Shown here one piece after another: positions 1-13,269 of a stretch of DNA of 64,000 nucleotides (positions are counted from its first letter, which is position 1; the number at the start of each line of letters is the position of its first letter). Origin of the DNA: Octopus vulgaris (taxonomy: Eukaryota); NCBI GenBank assembly GCA_951406725.2, contig OX597816.1, forward strand, positions 100,192,001 to 100,256,000, written 5' to 3'. A program made the position numbers and the translations under genes. The notes under the pieces were generated by a model, which searched no databases, was not told the DNA's origin, and saw nothing but the letters and a program-made list of their open reading frames with translations.

Positions 1-1934
1 CTGACAGTGGTGAGTCAGGATGTAAGATAGTTGGAGGAGAGTGAAATGGATATAAACCTGTGAAAGAGGTCAGGTATATATAGGAGATGAAGGTTGCAAA
101 TGGTGAACAAGGATGGTCAGTATGAGTGTATACAATAAGAATTGTATACACTCATACTAATTGAGTTCAGAGAAGAGAGAATGGTGACCAATAATACACA
201 GATGGAAATATAGCATATAGTAACAGGTTTGTTTTCATTGCTTACATTAGCAGAATGGGATTGGATGTGGTTGTGTTTGGTAAGAATGAAGAATAGATGT
301 CTATAGAAAATAGCTGAGGTCAGAGGTTACAAGTGGGGGAAACAGAACAATGGATATGAACAAGGAGTATGTGCGGAGAGTATTGGAAATAAAAGTAAGA
401 AATGGATATCAATAAGAAGTAGCTTGGATAAGTGACCCAATCGTCTGGGTGGAGATGGGTCTATATTATGTGCATTATGAGTTAGCAGCCTGAGTCATGA
501 TATGCCAGCAAGGCTGGGCAAGTCTTCCTGAGTACTGTATAAGGCCAATCATCCTTTGTTATCTCTTATGCAAGTCTCAGCAGCCTAAAGTCAACCTTCA
601 TCCATCCTATATCTTTATGGATCCTTTCCATTACGTATACATGTACATGTATATTTATACAGGTTGGCTGGCAAGTAAGCATGCATATGTACATACCTGT
701 CTACATACATGCATGCATGCATATGTAAAACCTGCCTACACACATGCATGCATATGTGTTTACATATATATGCACATATGCATGTAATTTCATAACTACA
801 ATCATATTAGGGCATAACAAATATATTTCATCTCACCTACCTCATTGCAATGTGTGTCAACACTTTCTCTACCAAGTTCTTTATCTGCTCAGATTATATC
901 TCTGATTCTATTTTATGCACTTGCTTTATACTCTAACCATATGCACCTCTACATAGATGACATTATATCGTTCATCTCCAACTTCTACTTTCAGACATCC
1001 TTTGCATTCAGTTCCAACACTCTAAGCAAATATGACAGTTTTCACAAACTAAGATATTTATTCATCATAAAGTGTGTATGTGTGTGTGTGTTGGGGACTG
1101 GGAAAAGTATCATGACAATCTAGTGTCAGTTATCAGCACTAAAACATAGATACATATCTCAAGGAAATGTGTAAATATGTCTACTATACCTTAGGCAAAA
1201 TGTACTACTAATGCCTTTACACTTCCTTCAAATGTTAGTCTTAGAATCTTTGTTGACCTCTCATAATGGCAATACATAAGAATGCCACTTAATCAAGGTC
1301 ACAAAACTTCCCTTTCAACATCAGAAAATACAACCACTTATGTAAGTTGATTTTATACAAAGCACACAGAGCAGGCATATCATGCATATTCGCATTCTGA
1401 TCTACATTTTTTCTAAGCAAATATCCAGTGGTCTTAAGTCATGTGCAAACTATAGAGCCTATTTTTCCTTTTCTAAGATGATTTTTTTTACTTCTTCCAA
1501 CTAGTATTTTGTCTCATGGACATTTACTTCACCTCAAAACAGGGCAAGGTTTCCTAGAAATAAATCAGATATTTTCTTATATAAATTCTAAATTTATAAA
1601 TTTACTTAGGCTTTATAATCTCAATGAAATTTCACTATATAAAATATCAAATGTTGGTTTTGAAGCAAATGTAGCTGTGTATTATCTTATTAATTATAAT
1701 GTAGCCTGTTAGTAATTTTCAGGTGAAAAGTGCTGATGGATCTTTTAATAACAACACTAACCAGCAAATTTTATTTGGTATCTTCTTATGCTGGAAAAGT
1801 CAAGAGTTGTATATTGCTGACCTAGGTCCTCTTGATGATATTTCTTACCTTTTAACTATATCTTAGTCCAAGCCACTTTTGATTGTCAGTCTATTGAATT
1901 TTAAGTACATTATAATGGAAGTACCTTTTTGATG

Positions 1935-2180
1935 CATGGCTTAGAGCAATTAGGGTGTTGCACTCATGATTGTGAGATTGTGGTTTCAATTCCCAGACCA
2001 AACGTTGCAGTGTGTTCTTCAGTAAAACACTTCATTTCATGTTGCTCTGTGATCATTTTGTCATCTGACATGTGGCACATGGTGCACCTGTACAGGTAAT
2101 GTCAATTTGATGGAGGGAATGAGCTTATGTGAACACAAACATTTGATCACTATAAACAAATCATCTGTATGGCCTAATGA
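1935..2180 (+). mobile_element. Decayed tRNA-derived SINE (head shared with 13270 and 43808 copies)
   Basis: A-box-like TGGCTTAGAGCAATTAGG, B-box-like GGTTTCAATTCCC, then GTGTTCTT..AAAACACTTCATTTCA shared with the other copies; followed by (AT)n. Confidence 0.6.
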
Positions 2181-2191
2181 TGAGAGAGTCC

Positions 2192-2224
<33 letters not shown>

Positions 2225-2881
2225 CATAATAATAATATTAGGGAGTATAACTCCAAACTTACAGGGAAAAATTCAATTTAGTATTAAATCAAATTTCACA
2301 GTATAAATATAAAATATGAATTAGAATAAAATTAAATATTGGGCTATAACTGAGTTAAGGATATTCGAGAGTTTATTATGTTTTTTTAAAGCCATATTAT
2401 ATCTTTATAGGTAAATACATATTTCTATCTATTTTTTTACATTAAAAATAAATATTTAACATAATAAATGTGTTGTAGGAAATAATCATAATGTTTTAAG
2501 TTTCTAATTTAGATAATGGAGTTTTTTCTATAAGAAAAAATATTATTTTATTTATTTCTTAAATAAATATTGTTTTAACTCTATTTGCTTATTTATTTAA
2601 CTATTATCATTAACCTGAAGATTGACTATAATTTTAATTCGAATTTATTTCAATTGAATTTAAACTTAATGGTAATTTGAATTTAATTATAGCCATGAAA
2701 CATACGTAGTGTTTTTACTTATTATATTATATTTATCATTCATTTTATACTTTTTGAAAATAAAAAAATATATATATATATTATATTAATTATATATATT
2801 ATTTGTTATTTATGTCTATCACTGTTTGAGTTGCATAATGGTGGTTTTATCTCTAATTCATATTTTATATATATATATATA

Positions 2882-3315
2882 TTGTGGCTGAAGCTGGTAT
2901 CACATAACTGGCACCTGTGCTGGTGGCACGTAAAATACACCTTTCAAGCATTGGGCCTCACAGAGACAAAGTGCTCAATTCTGGTGGCATGTGAAAAGCT
3001 TCTTTCAAGTGGTGTTCTCACGGAGACAATGACTCAAACCTTTGGCATTATGTCGTACTTGAGAAGAAGACCCATCAAGCCAAGTAAAATCACAGTTATG
3101 GCAGATACTGGTGTCATGCAAATAGCAGCCATGCTGGTGGCATGTGAAAGCACCCATTACACTCTCGGAGTGGTTGGCATTAGGAAAGGTATCCAGCTGT
3201 AGAAACCATACCAAATCAAACTGGGGTCTGGTGCAGCGTTCCAGTGTACCAGCCCTGGTCAAACTCTCTAACCCATGTCAGCATGGACAATGGATACTAA
3301 ATGATGATGATGATG
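2882..3315 (+). mobile_element. Non-autonomous retroelement with (GAT)n tail, RTE-LINE-like 3' end (family A)
   Basis: Block ACACTCTCGGAGTGGTTGGCATTAGGAAAGGTATCCAGCTGTAGAAAC..CAGCATGGA..AAATGATGATGAT recurs about 10 times in the window. Confidence 0.75.
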
Positions 3316-3347
3316 GTGTGTGTGTGTGTGTATATTGATTAACAGAT

Positions 3348-6300
3348 AACTGGCCAACAAATTTTTTGTTGCATTCATATCAACACTTGGTATTACCTAA
3401 TTTGAGTGCATAGATTTCAGATCTGAAGTTGGTTATTTTCTAGATGCTCTAACTTTTTTGCAATCAAAGTATTTCAAAATCTCAACATTTTATCTTCATC
3501 ACATTGACATCATAATCTATCAGGAGAAATATGTGATTAAACTCTTTTTATATTAGCTGGGTAATAAAAAGAAAATGCAGAATAGTATAAATTTATTCAA
3601 GAACACAATTTGAAACACTTTCCTTGATAAGCAAAGGTTATAGGTTTATATAAAACTGATAAATAAAACATTAGTTATGATGAGGAGACAAAGCTCAAGT
3701 GCAGTCTATTTATGCAGGAATTTGCACTTGAAGCTCTTGTGTTTGTGGACTGTCTCAGGACAATTTCTCTTAATGCTCCAGCCATAGTTCTGCCATCATA
3801 TGTTTATCCCATCTCCTTTGGTAATGCTCTTCCATGGTCTTGAGGTCTGATGGAATTGTTTGCCTTCTTTGTCTCTTACTGCTCCTAGGTTCACAGGGAA
3901 TCTATCAAGATGACAGTACAGAAAATGGAGTTTGACACTCATGTTACATCCAAAATTACAAAAAGCTGACAACATTTTAGTTATGACAGTTTCATAGTTG
4001 TCAAACTTTTTATTACTAAGAAAGTTTTCAATTACTGCCATGAATGAAAGCCATGCGGTGCTTCCCTTGCCATTCATCTATCAGGCAAATCCTTGATTGC
4101 ATACAAGTGCACTAATCTATGATCCATCAAACACACCTGCCTTGATCTTCTCGAAGGACAAAACAGGGAGAACAGAGATTATAGGGTTTGGACAAAATAA
4201 TGGAAACACCTAGCATCATAGCATCATAATTTTGAAATATCTATAAAACTGTCAAAAGCTTGATTTTTCTTTTTTTTTAATTATTATTAGTCTTGCTTAA
4301 TATGTTTTGCTAAAATTGCTGTTTCTTTTCAAATATCATCTGAAATTGGTAATTAAAATTCATTAAAATGACAGATCTATCAGACTTTCAAAGAAGTCAA
4401 ATTGTTGGTGCTCATATGGCAGGCACTAGCATAATGAAAATGGCTGAAATGTTTATTGTATCAAGAAGTACTGTCTCGAAAGTAATGAAAGCCTTTGAGA
4501 AAGAGGGGAAAATCTCCTCATTGAACAAAACTCCGGATGAAAACCAAAACTTTCAAATAGGGACTGTTGGACTCTTACACGAATTGTTAGAAAGGATCAC
4601 AAAATTACAGCTCCCAAAATTACTGCAGAGCTTAATGATCACCTGAAGAACCCAGTTTCCATAAAAACTGTTCACTGGGACCTGCACAAAGCCAGATTTC
4701 ACATGAGGGCTACCATCAGAAAACCACTACTTTCAAAACCAAACATTGCAAAGCATTTAGAGTGGAGTAAAAACCTACAGAATTGGTCCATAGAGCAGTG
4801 GAAGAATGTTATTTTCTTGGATGAGTCATCCTTTACATTATTTCTAAATACCAGCTAAGTATATGTATGGAGGAAGCCAAAAGGAGCATTTGACCCAAAC
4901 TGTCATCTTCCAACTGTTAAACATGGAGCAGGATCTGTGATGATCTGGCAGGGCTATATCTTGGAAATCCACTGGCCCAATGGTTCCCTTCATGGTAGAA
5001 TTAATAGTCAAGACTATTTAAGCATTTTATCTGATCAAATTCATCCAATGGTTGCAGAACTGTTTCCGGAGGGAAATGCAATCTTTTAGGATAATAATGC
5101 ACCAATTCACACTGCTAAAGTTGTTACTGAATGGTACGAGAAACATTCTAGGGAAGTTGAGCACCTTATCTGGCCACCACTCCATATTATTGAACATTTA
5201 TGGTGCATTTTAGAAAAACAAGTAAGGAGTTGATATCCTCCATCATCATCACTACAAGAACTGGAGACTGTTTAAGCTGAAGAATGGACAAAAATTCCTT
5301 TGGAAACAATTCAAAATTTGTATGAGTTCATAACTCATAGAATTCAAGCTGTAATTACTGCCAAAGGCAGTCCTACTACATATTAAAATAAATTTGTTTT
5401 AAATTTTAAAGTGTTTCCATTATTTTGTCCAATCCCTGTATATGTTAGAAGCATTCATCATCAGTATCTAATGCCTTGACAAACTGTTTCCTCAAGTCCA
5501 GCTTGATGTGGAACGGAGGAAAAATGATCTTTTCTCTAGTGTTTCATGTATTGGCCACTCCTTCTGGTTCCATTGCTTCTCTCAGCTTAGCTGTCCCACA
5601 TGTAAAGATAGCAGGGATACTTTGTATATCCTTTTTGTTGAACTAGGAGGAAATTAGCCATTTGGAGGTCCATACAAATTATCCAGTGGTGCTTGTGGTA
5701 TTCTAGTAGGTCAGTCACAGTTTTAATGTCATTATGCACCTTTCATAAATATACAGAATGACCAACTAGAACAGCTGCATAGACATTGCCATTATGCAGT
5801 AGAACACACTTCAGGCTGCACTTTGAACTATCTAGAAATAATTGCCAATTACTTGGATTGTTCAATAAAATCCCTAATGTCTGAAGAAGATCTGAAATCA
5901 TATGACAATAAATAAACTTATTCTCCTCTGTAAAAAATGACACAAAACCTGCTTTTGGTTTTGGAAGTATGAAGCTTTTGTTGTATGACTCAGTAGACTC
6001 TTTTCTTGCAGCCTGGAGGTTAACACTTCAGTTGCCTTTTTGGAGTGATCTGAATCATACACAAGGTCATTCAGCTCAGGCTGGCTAAGCTGCTGAGTTG
6101 ATGACTCGAGGATGTCATTAGAAGGATAATTAGATTCTGAAAGTATTTCTTGACTTTCATCATCAGTCCCTTGCTCTTGGTTGCTATCCACATTGTCAGA
6201 TGGAGAAAATCTTTTAAAACCTGGAAGTGGTTGCTTGTCAGAGTGCAGAGTAGGTCAAATTGCTGAGGGAGTACTAGGACATGAAATTATTTTTTGTCTA

Positions 6301-6863
6301 TTTTTCTTGCCAATACCTATTGTATTGACAAGACAAAAATAGCAGTCATTTGTGTGGTCTTTCGGTTCTTGCCAGGTTATGGGAATTTTGAAAGGAAAAC
6401 CCTCATGTTACCTTTTTGTCCAGTCATGCAGTATTTCCTCGCAGTTATGACACACAATACATGGAGTCCATTTTTTGTTTTGGTCACCAAGAATAAGTCC
6501 AAAGCACACTTTATAAGTATGCCTCGCAAATGGTATTATATTGTGCCTTTGATGAATAAGCATGAAGCATCCACAAATGTAACAGAAAGCATCCAGCTTG
6601 TTGGTACATTGATGTCTCTTTGTAGTCATGATCAGATCTGAAAGGGAAAGAAAATAATTTTAATGTCTCTGTTGATAACATAAACGTCTAAGTAATTAAA
6701 ATGACTGCAAATGGCCAGAATGCAGAACTTAAATTTGCATGAAAACTAGAGCATGTAGAATATAATCATTTTTAGATTTGAATTTAGCAGGTTAAAAAAC
6801 AGTAAGAATTAGTAAAAAAAATCTTATGCAACTGAGATTTTGAAAAAAATCTGTTGTCTTGTG
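3348..6863 (-). mobile_element. Chapaev3-type (CMC) DNA transposon, pseudogenised, interrupted by Tc1
   Basis: Minus-strand transposase fragments: DAFCYICG..WTPCIVCHNC, WQLFLDSSKCSLKCVLLHNGN, QFVKALD, SFEKIKAGVFDG, GCNMSVKLHFLYCHLDRFPVNLGAV. Imperfect termini AACTGGCCAACAAATTTTTT / AAAAAAATCTGTTGTCTTGTG. Family name assigned from recalled motifs. Confidence 0.75.
4182..5438 (+). mobile_element. Full-length Tc1-like transposon, inactive transposase (about 4368-5386)
   Basis: 28-bp TIRs (c/t)AGGG(a/t)TTGGACAAAATAATGGAAACAC with 2 mismatches; TA on both sides (4180-81, 5439-40); HTH start MTDLSDFQRSQIVG; catalytic remnants DESSF, DNNAPIH, IIEHLW; frameshifts and stops. Confidence 0.95.
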
Positions 6864-7246
6864 TTATTAATATTCTCTTTTCTTTCTCAATAAATTGTAG
6901 ACATCTTAAAATTCATATAGTTGCCTTGATAAAATATGAAGAAATCTTAACATCTATCTTAATGTTTATGTACATACAAAAGTTGGCAATTGAAGGTCAA
7001 CATTTCAGAGCTAAATTTTTGAAATTATTCTCTGTACATGAATCACTTATTATGCTTCCATCCCCTTTTCGGTTAATTTCAATCTTATTTTAAAGTTCTA
7101 GATTCATAGTTTGGGGAGGAACACACTTTGAAAGAATTCTAACTACTCAGTTGCTAGGAAATTTGCTGAACTGATATGAGCTAATGGTTATAGTATTGTT
7201 TCATTAAATATTTGGAATAATCTATCATTTGAATCTTTTTCAATTC

Positions 7247-7248
<2 letters not shown>

Positions 7249-7316
<68 letters not shown>
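7249..7316. repeat. (TG)n microsatellite
   Basis: Perfect TG run read directly. Confidence 0.98.
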
Positions 7317-7320
<4 letters not shown>

Positions 7321-9939
7321 CGTGAGCATGAGAGAGGGGAAGGGAGTGGGGAGAGAGGATCTCTTTCACCAGAAAAGAGAAAGATTGAGTGAGAAGCTAC
7401 TAAAACTGTACAAGGACCCTAATGTAAAGTAATGTGCAAAGTGGAAATTAAGATATATTGATAGGGCTTTCATTAGTCAAGATTGACCATAGATTTGCAT
7501 GTATATGTACTGCCCTAGGCAAGATTTTTTCAGAAGATTAGAGCTTTTCATGCATTCAAGTTTTCCCTCTTCAAGCCACTAATGTTATCTAAGTTAAAGG
7601 TCACTGACTTGGGCTAATACAAGTTGGCACCAGTAACATCACTATTGACACTGTCAAATGCAAAGAACCAGAAAAGATACTGCAAGGCATCTTGACCAGC
7701 AAATCGTTCCACTAATCTGCTACTCTAGAATGGGGCTTTTTTTCTTCTCTAAAACGTAGAGAAGTAAAGTTGACCTTGACAGAATTTGAATTCAGATTGC
7801 AGGGAGAAGAAATAGAGCAAGGCATTCTCTCCAATGCTCTAATCATGCTTCCCATTTGTTGCCTTTATCTTAGCAAACTAATCCTTTTATCTTGCACAGA
7901 TGATGTATTGATTATAAGAAAAAGTAACCAGCATTAAGAATTTGTATATTAGCCAATAACAGTTAATATCTGCTTTGCATAAATACCAAATCATTTTATA
8001 CATTGATTATATTCAAACAATGCAAAAATAATTTGCTAATTATTTACAGTTGAAGTTTTTTAATAACATTTACTTTTTTTCCTGATTTAAATTAATGTAT
8101 CACATGAAGGAAATGTAATAATTTATATTCTGAATTTATGTATTTGCAAACAGAAGTTAAAATTTAACCATATGCTACAAATGATTATAGCTTATTAGAA
8201 CATTATTTAATAAAAATTACAAAAAAAAAGAAAAATACTTTAAAGTGAGACAAAAATTTAATAAAACATTTTGGAAGTTTTAGTTAAATTTTCATCTATG
8301 AGATTTAAAATTTTACTTTTCTTCTTGTTTCTTGCTAATTTTGGTTATGGAAAGTGGACATTTCAGTTGCAGATCAATATATATGGAAACCTAATTAGCA
8401 TTTTTAGACATGTTTGCTAATATTACCTATGTATTAATCATTACTTACGCACAAAAGATTTATTGAAATAATGATATTAGACATTAAAAAAACACCTAAT
8501 AAGAATGACATGCCCATTGACAGGACTCTCATAATATATCTATTGCTTACCAGGCAACTACATTACTAATCACAGCAAAGTACATGTCATTCATTGCGAT
8601 TTCAGTTTTGCCATTCAATCTATTATTCTTTTTCTATCCCAGTTTGATGTTTTTAATGTATCATATCATTTAACTTAGCAATTAAATCTATTATTTATTC
8701 AAATTAATATAATATCTATCTTAGACTATCCTCACACCAATTCATAATTTCACAACTCTTTTAAAAACAATATTCTCACAATAATATTTTACCTATCTTG
8801 CATAATATGTATATTTTTCTAAGCTTTCAATGGTATTTTCAGTGCTTTGAATATGAAGGATTTTTTTTTTTTTGCATTTTCTTTCTTAGTAACTTCTATA
8901 AGTTCTCTGTATTCATCTACTTTACTTTTTGTACATTATTTTGTCAAAATTTTATCTTTTTCAAAGGCTTAACATTTATGCCAATGATTAGATTCTCTAA
9001 ATGATATTGATTTTTACTCTAACTGCTCCTTTAAAATTACAGATTTTTTTATTTATAATCAATCTGCTCAAGATTATGTTATATCTCCTGTGTATTGATT
9101 GGTTATACTACATACTAAGAATATCTAATCTTACCTTCACATTCTGTTTTGAATAATTTTATGGATCCCAGTTATTTCTTTATGGTTTAATCTTTAATTA
9201 GCTCTTTATTTTTCTCAGAGCTAAATACTTTCTCAGGTTTCCAACTCATTGAAATCTTTAACTGATTATACTTTATTTAAACTAAGACTTCTTTTTACTG
9301 AAATTCAAGTCATATATTTTAGAATTTAAACTTCAAGCAAATCCATTTCCTTTCTTATTGCATACCTGATGAGGACAATCATTAGGATGCCAATCAAGCT
9401 ATTTGTAAAGTCAAGGACTACTCTAACCCTTTGTCTTCAGTATTGCAGTAAGGCTTCAAAAATATAGAATCCTTCATCAATTTGTTTTGTATACCTATTG
9501 AATTTGCACTGGATGATTTTTGTTACCCAGAACAATATTTGAAGAAAATCAAATTTAAAGTTTAAATCAAACTCATTTTGATAACAATGACAAAATCTTA
9601 AAAAATATTACCATGTTTTTGCACATTTTTCATAAATGAAACCTGCTGACAAACATTTTTACTATATTTGGCAATCATGCTATGGTTTAAGTTTTTCATA
9701 TGAAATGCCACATCATCTCTTTTGAAACACTTAAATTGATATTTTCAAATGAGATTAAAAAATAATTCAACTGGAGGTAAGATTTGAAATGTCAAACAAC
9801 TAATTTATTTAGATGTGTAACTGTTCATTAAGATATGAGTATACCATTGACTTGAACAAAAATGCAAAAGAATCAGTAGTTTATTTTATCGTAAGAAATA
9901 AAATATAATCAAAATTTTTAATATTTTTTTTCTTTTTAG

Positions 9940-10061
9940 GAACTATTATTTGCCCTGCCACAGATTGTTTTGTGCACTGGCGAGATCCTTGGTATGACTG
10001 TGAGTGGGGTCTCAATTTCACGTCAGCTCCGGATGCACGGAAATTTAGGGACTGTTGTTCA
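9940..10061 (+). CDS. sif: Internal coding exon, C-terminal half of EVH1/WH1 domain of still life (SIF type 1)/Tiam-family Rac GEF
   Basis: Acceptor TTTTTTTTCTTTTTAG and donor GTAAGT; phase 1 in, phase 0 out. Translation GTIICPATDCFVHWRDPWYDCEWGLNFTSAPDARKFRDCCS aligns without gaps to Drosophila SIF1 as recalled (GTRIGQASECFVYWKDPMTNDTWGLNFTSPIDAKQFRECCS). CpG-richer than its flanks. Confidence 0.9.
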
Positions 10062-11833
10062 GTAAGTAAATGCATAAAATATTTTCTGATAATTTCATAC
10101 ATTCACTTTTCCACGGTACCTCTTGCTTTCTCTTTTCTTCTCACTATGTACTTCTAGCTGCACATTTACTCATTATGTTTTCTGTTCCTTTAGTCTTGTA
10201 TTTCAATATTCATAATCCTCATAGGTTACATCATTCTACTTAGATGTATTTACAAGATATGTCCCAAGATCTTTGGGCCAGCATAACAAAAATTAAACAA
10301 CCCTCAATAATTTTTTGAATTGTTTACATTTTAATGGGATTTTTAAAAAATTATATATTTTGAAGAAATACTTTCTAGAGTATATTTTCTACAATTTTGG
10401 ATCTCAGCAACACAGTATGTCATAAAATCAAGAGAAAAAATAATCTGTATTTCATCTGCTAGAATAGTTAAATGAGACAAGTTTTGTGCACTATAAACAT
10501 AAAAAAAGTAATTTACTGGATTCTCATAGACAACTGGGGTCTTTTCTTTTTTTTATGACTTTTTAGCTTTATCAGTTAACAAAGTCTTCTGGATTATAAA
10601 ATTTCTGCTTCAAATTTTCCATGTCAAAATAAGTGGGATGATTCTGAAAATTTAATTATTTTCTTGAATTATTGAAAAAGGTGCTTTACTAATATCACTA
10701 GGTTAATTCAAAAGAAGAAAACAATTCCCTGTTTAATAATAGGATTTGAATTCTTGATAATCAACATGTGTTTCTAGAATGATAGATCTCAATGACACTA
10801 TGTAGTAGAATGATGAAACAAAAGGCTTAGTATGGTATCAAGAACTTTTGTCATTACATCACTTGTACAACCAATATACTTTAACCTCTATGACTCACTC
10901 CATTAATAGCATTTTTCTAAAAGAAGATAAAGCTAACTATGTAAACCAGAAAAAATGCAGAATAAGAGAAACTTGAGAAGCATTAATGAATCAACTATAA
11001 TTTTTAAAAGCTGACACCAAACTTAATAATAGATAAATAATAAACTGAATAGCTTTAACAATAGATAAAGCAGAAGAATGTATATAACATTAATCAGCTA
11101 TAACCATTGGGTTACTTATAGTTACATATATTTACACTTGATATATGAAGTAAGTTGTTATTTAAACTAGAAAGAATATAGGAAAATTTTTCAGTTTCAC
11201 TTAAAATTCTAAGCAGAAATTATTTGTTCTTAGAAATTAACATTAAACATATAAGAAGATAATTTAGTTGTTTTTCTAAGCTCAATAAATAGCAGCTTAA
11301 AATGTAAAACAATGTGTGTACATGATTGTACACATGCACATACACATACATGTACCATCATTATTTATTTTGGTGCAAAGGAAATCAATAGTTTTCACAA
11401 TGCAAAAATCATTATTTATTTAACTGCTTCCTTTGCAATAAAATAAGAGCCAATTTCTAAATACATTGTCAAAGCTCTTTTGTTGAAGATTATATAGTGA
11501 GTATATATATTTTTCTTATGTATAAATAACATATTATATAAGTAAGTTGCATCAGTGTGCAAGACCTGTTATTCTTTTTGCTGTCCTTCAAAACAACACT
11601 AGCTCTGTTGCATTTACTTAAGATTTATCTCTATCTTTCACTAACACTCTGTTTTCAAAAAGGAAAATATTAAATAAAGATTCATTTAGTATGTAAGGTG
11701 CTTCAGTCCTTCTAGTGTTCAAGTCTTCTCTGCTGTAGTGATTGCCTCATGAAAAAGTTATATTGTTTTCTGCAAGGCAGTTATTTCAGCAGTGAATATT
11801 ACAATACTAAAGGTTATTTTGAGACAATTAATT

Positions 11834-12225
11834 ATCGTCATCGTCATCATCGTTTAGCATCCATTTTCCATGCTGGTATGGGTTTGACAGTTCAACTGGG
11901 TCTTGGAAGCCAGGAGGCTGCACCAGGCCCCAATCTGATCTAGCAGTGTTTCTACAGCTGGATGCCCTTCCTAACGCCAACCACTCTGAGAGTGTAATGG
12001 GTGCTTCTTACATTCCACTGGCACAGGGGTCAGAGGATCCGGCATCGACCACGATTGGATGGTGCTTTTATGTGCCACTAGCATGGAAGCCAGTCAAAGT
12101 GGCACTGGCATCGGCCATGTTTGGATGGTGCTTTTTATGTGCTACTGGCACGGGGCTCACAACTACAATTTCCATTTGATTTGATTTTGATATTGCAGTT
12201 GATGTTGATGTCCTTGACTCAATAA
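11834..12225 (-). mobile_element. Family A retroelement copy with three internal motif units
   Basis: (CAT)n, then TTTTCCATGCTGGTATGGGTT..CTACAGCTGGATGCCCTTCCTAACGCCAACCAC, and three GGTGCTTTT.ATGTGC-like units. Confidence 0.8.
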
Positions 12226-13118
12226 GAATGTTTTGTGCTCTTTGTCAATATAAACATATTACCACCTGTTGAAAATTTCACTGCTATTGGGAATAATGAG
12301 GCTAATGTAAATTACCTTGATTTATGTTGGCAAAGATTTGCTGTTTTAATATTCTGTTTATAAGTTAGTATGATGAGGAAAGTTCCCATGACCATTACAG
12401 ACCTTCACAGATATCTGTAGGAAAAACATGGGCAGGAAGAGATCTATAGTTTTATGAAATGCTTGCAACAGAATGTATTCTGCTAAAGCCACTGAGGACT
12501 GAGTGAGAACCAGATGGCATGTATTCCCACTCACAAAGTATGTCTACAATTATGGTGTATTATTGTGGTAACAACTCAGAGAGGTTGCTCAACTAGAGAG
12601 AAAGAAGAGATAAATTTGAACAAAAATACCCACTCACCTTTACATTGTATTCAAAATAACTTTTGGGAATGAAAAAAGCTATATATATAATGCTATAGTG
12701 TATGGTTAAGTATAAATGCTAACCATGTATTTGTACAATCTTTATTTTCTTTGTTGTTATTGAAAACCTTTTACTTTTTAGCATTTTCTCAGTCTTGTAA
12801 TAATCATTAGATTTTAATAAGTCCTAAAAGACTAATCCCATGCCTGAAATCATTATTCATAAATTACAATACATCAAAAGTCAAATGTGTGCTGTCTACA
12901 TAAGCTGTTTGTGCTTCATTCTCTATATTTAGTAAAATATAGAACTGTTTGTAATTTATAGATTGCATAGTGGAAATCTAAGTGATGAAAACTGAAGAAC
13001 CAGACAAGTTACATTGGTTGTAAATATTCAATTGGCTGGATTTAATCCTTACTGCTAATATTCGTTTGTTTATAAAGATTTTCATGGAAGGAATAAGCAG
13101 GGATAACCTTGAGTTTAG

Positions 13119-13119
<1 letters not shown>

Positions 13120-13154
<35 letters not shown>

Positions 13155-13178
13155 CTGTGTGTGTGTGTGTGTGTGTGC

Positions 13179-13220
<42 letters not shown>

Positions 13221-13268
13221 ATCTGTGTGTGTGTGTGTGTGTGTGCATGTATATATATATATATATAT
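13120..13268. repeat. Compound (TA)n/(TG)n microsatellite, duplicated as a higher-order unit
   Basis: GTATATC(TG)nCATG(TA)n occurs twice in tandem. Confidence 0.9.
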
Positions 13269-13269
13269 T

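Noticed and set aside
2226-2880. Very AT-rich block, possibly a Penelope-related repeat
   Set aside because: No interpretable protein motif or termini.
9366-9420. CTGATGAG hammerhead-like core (also near 41897 and 52313)
   Set aside because: No stem II plus GAAA or flanking helices found.
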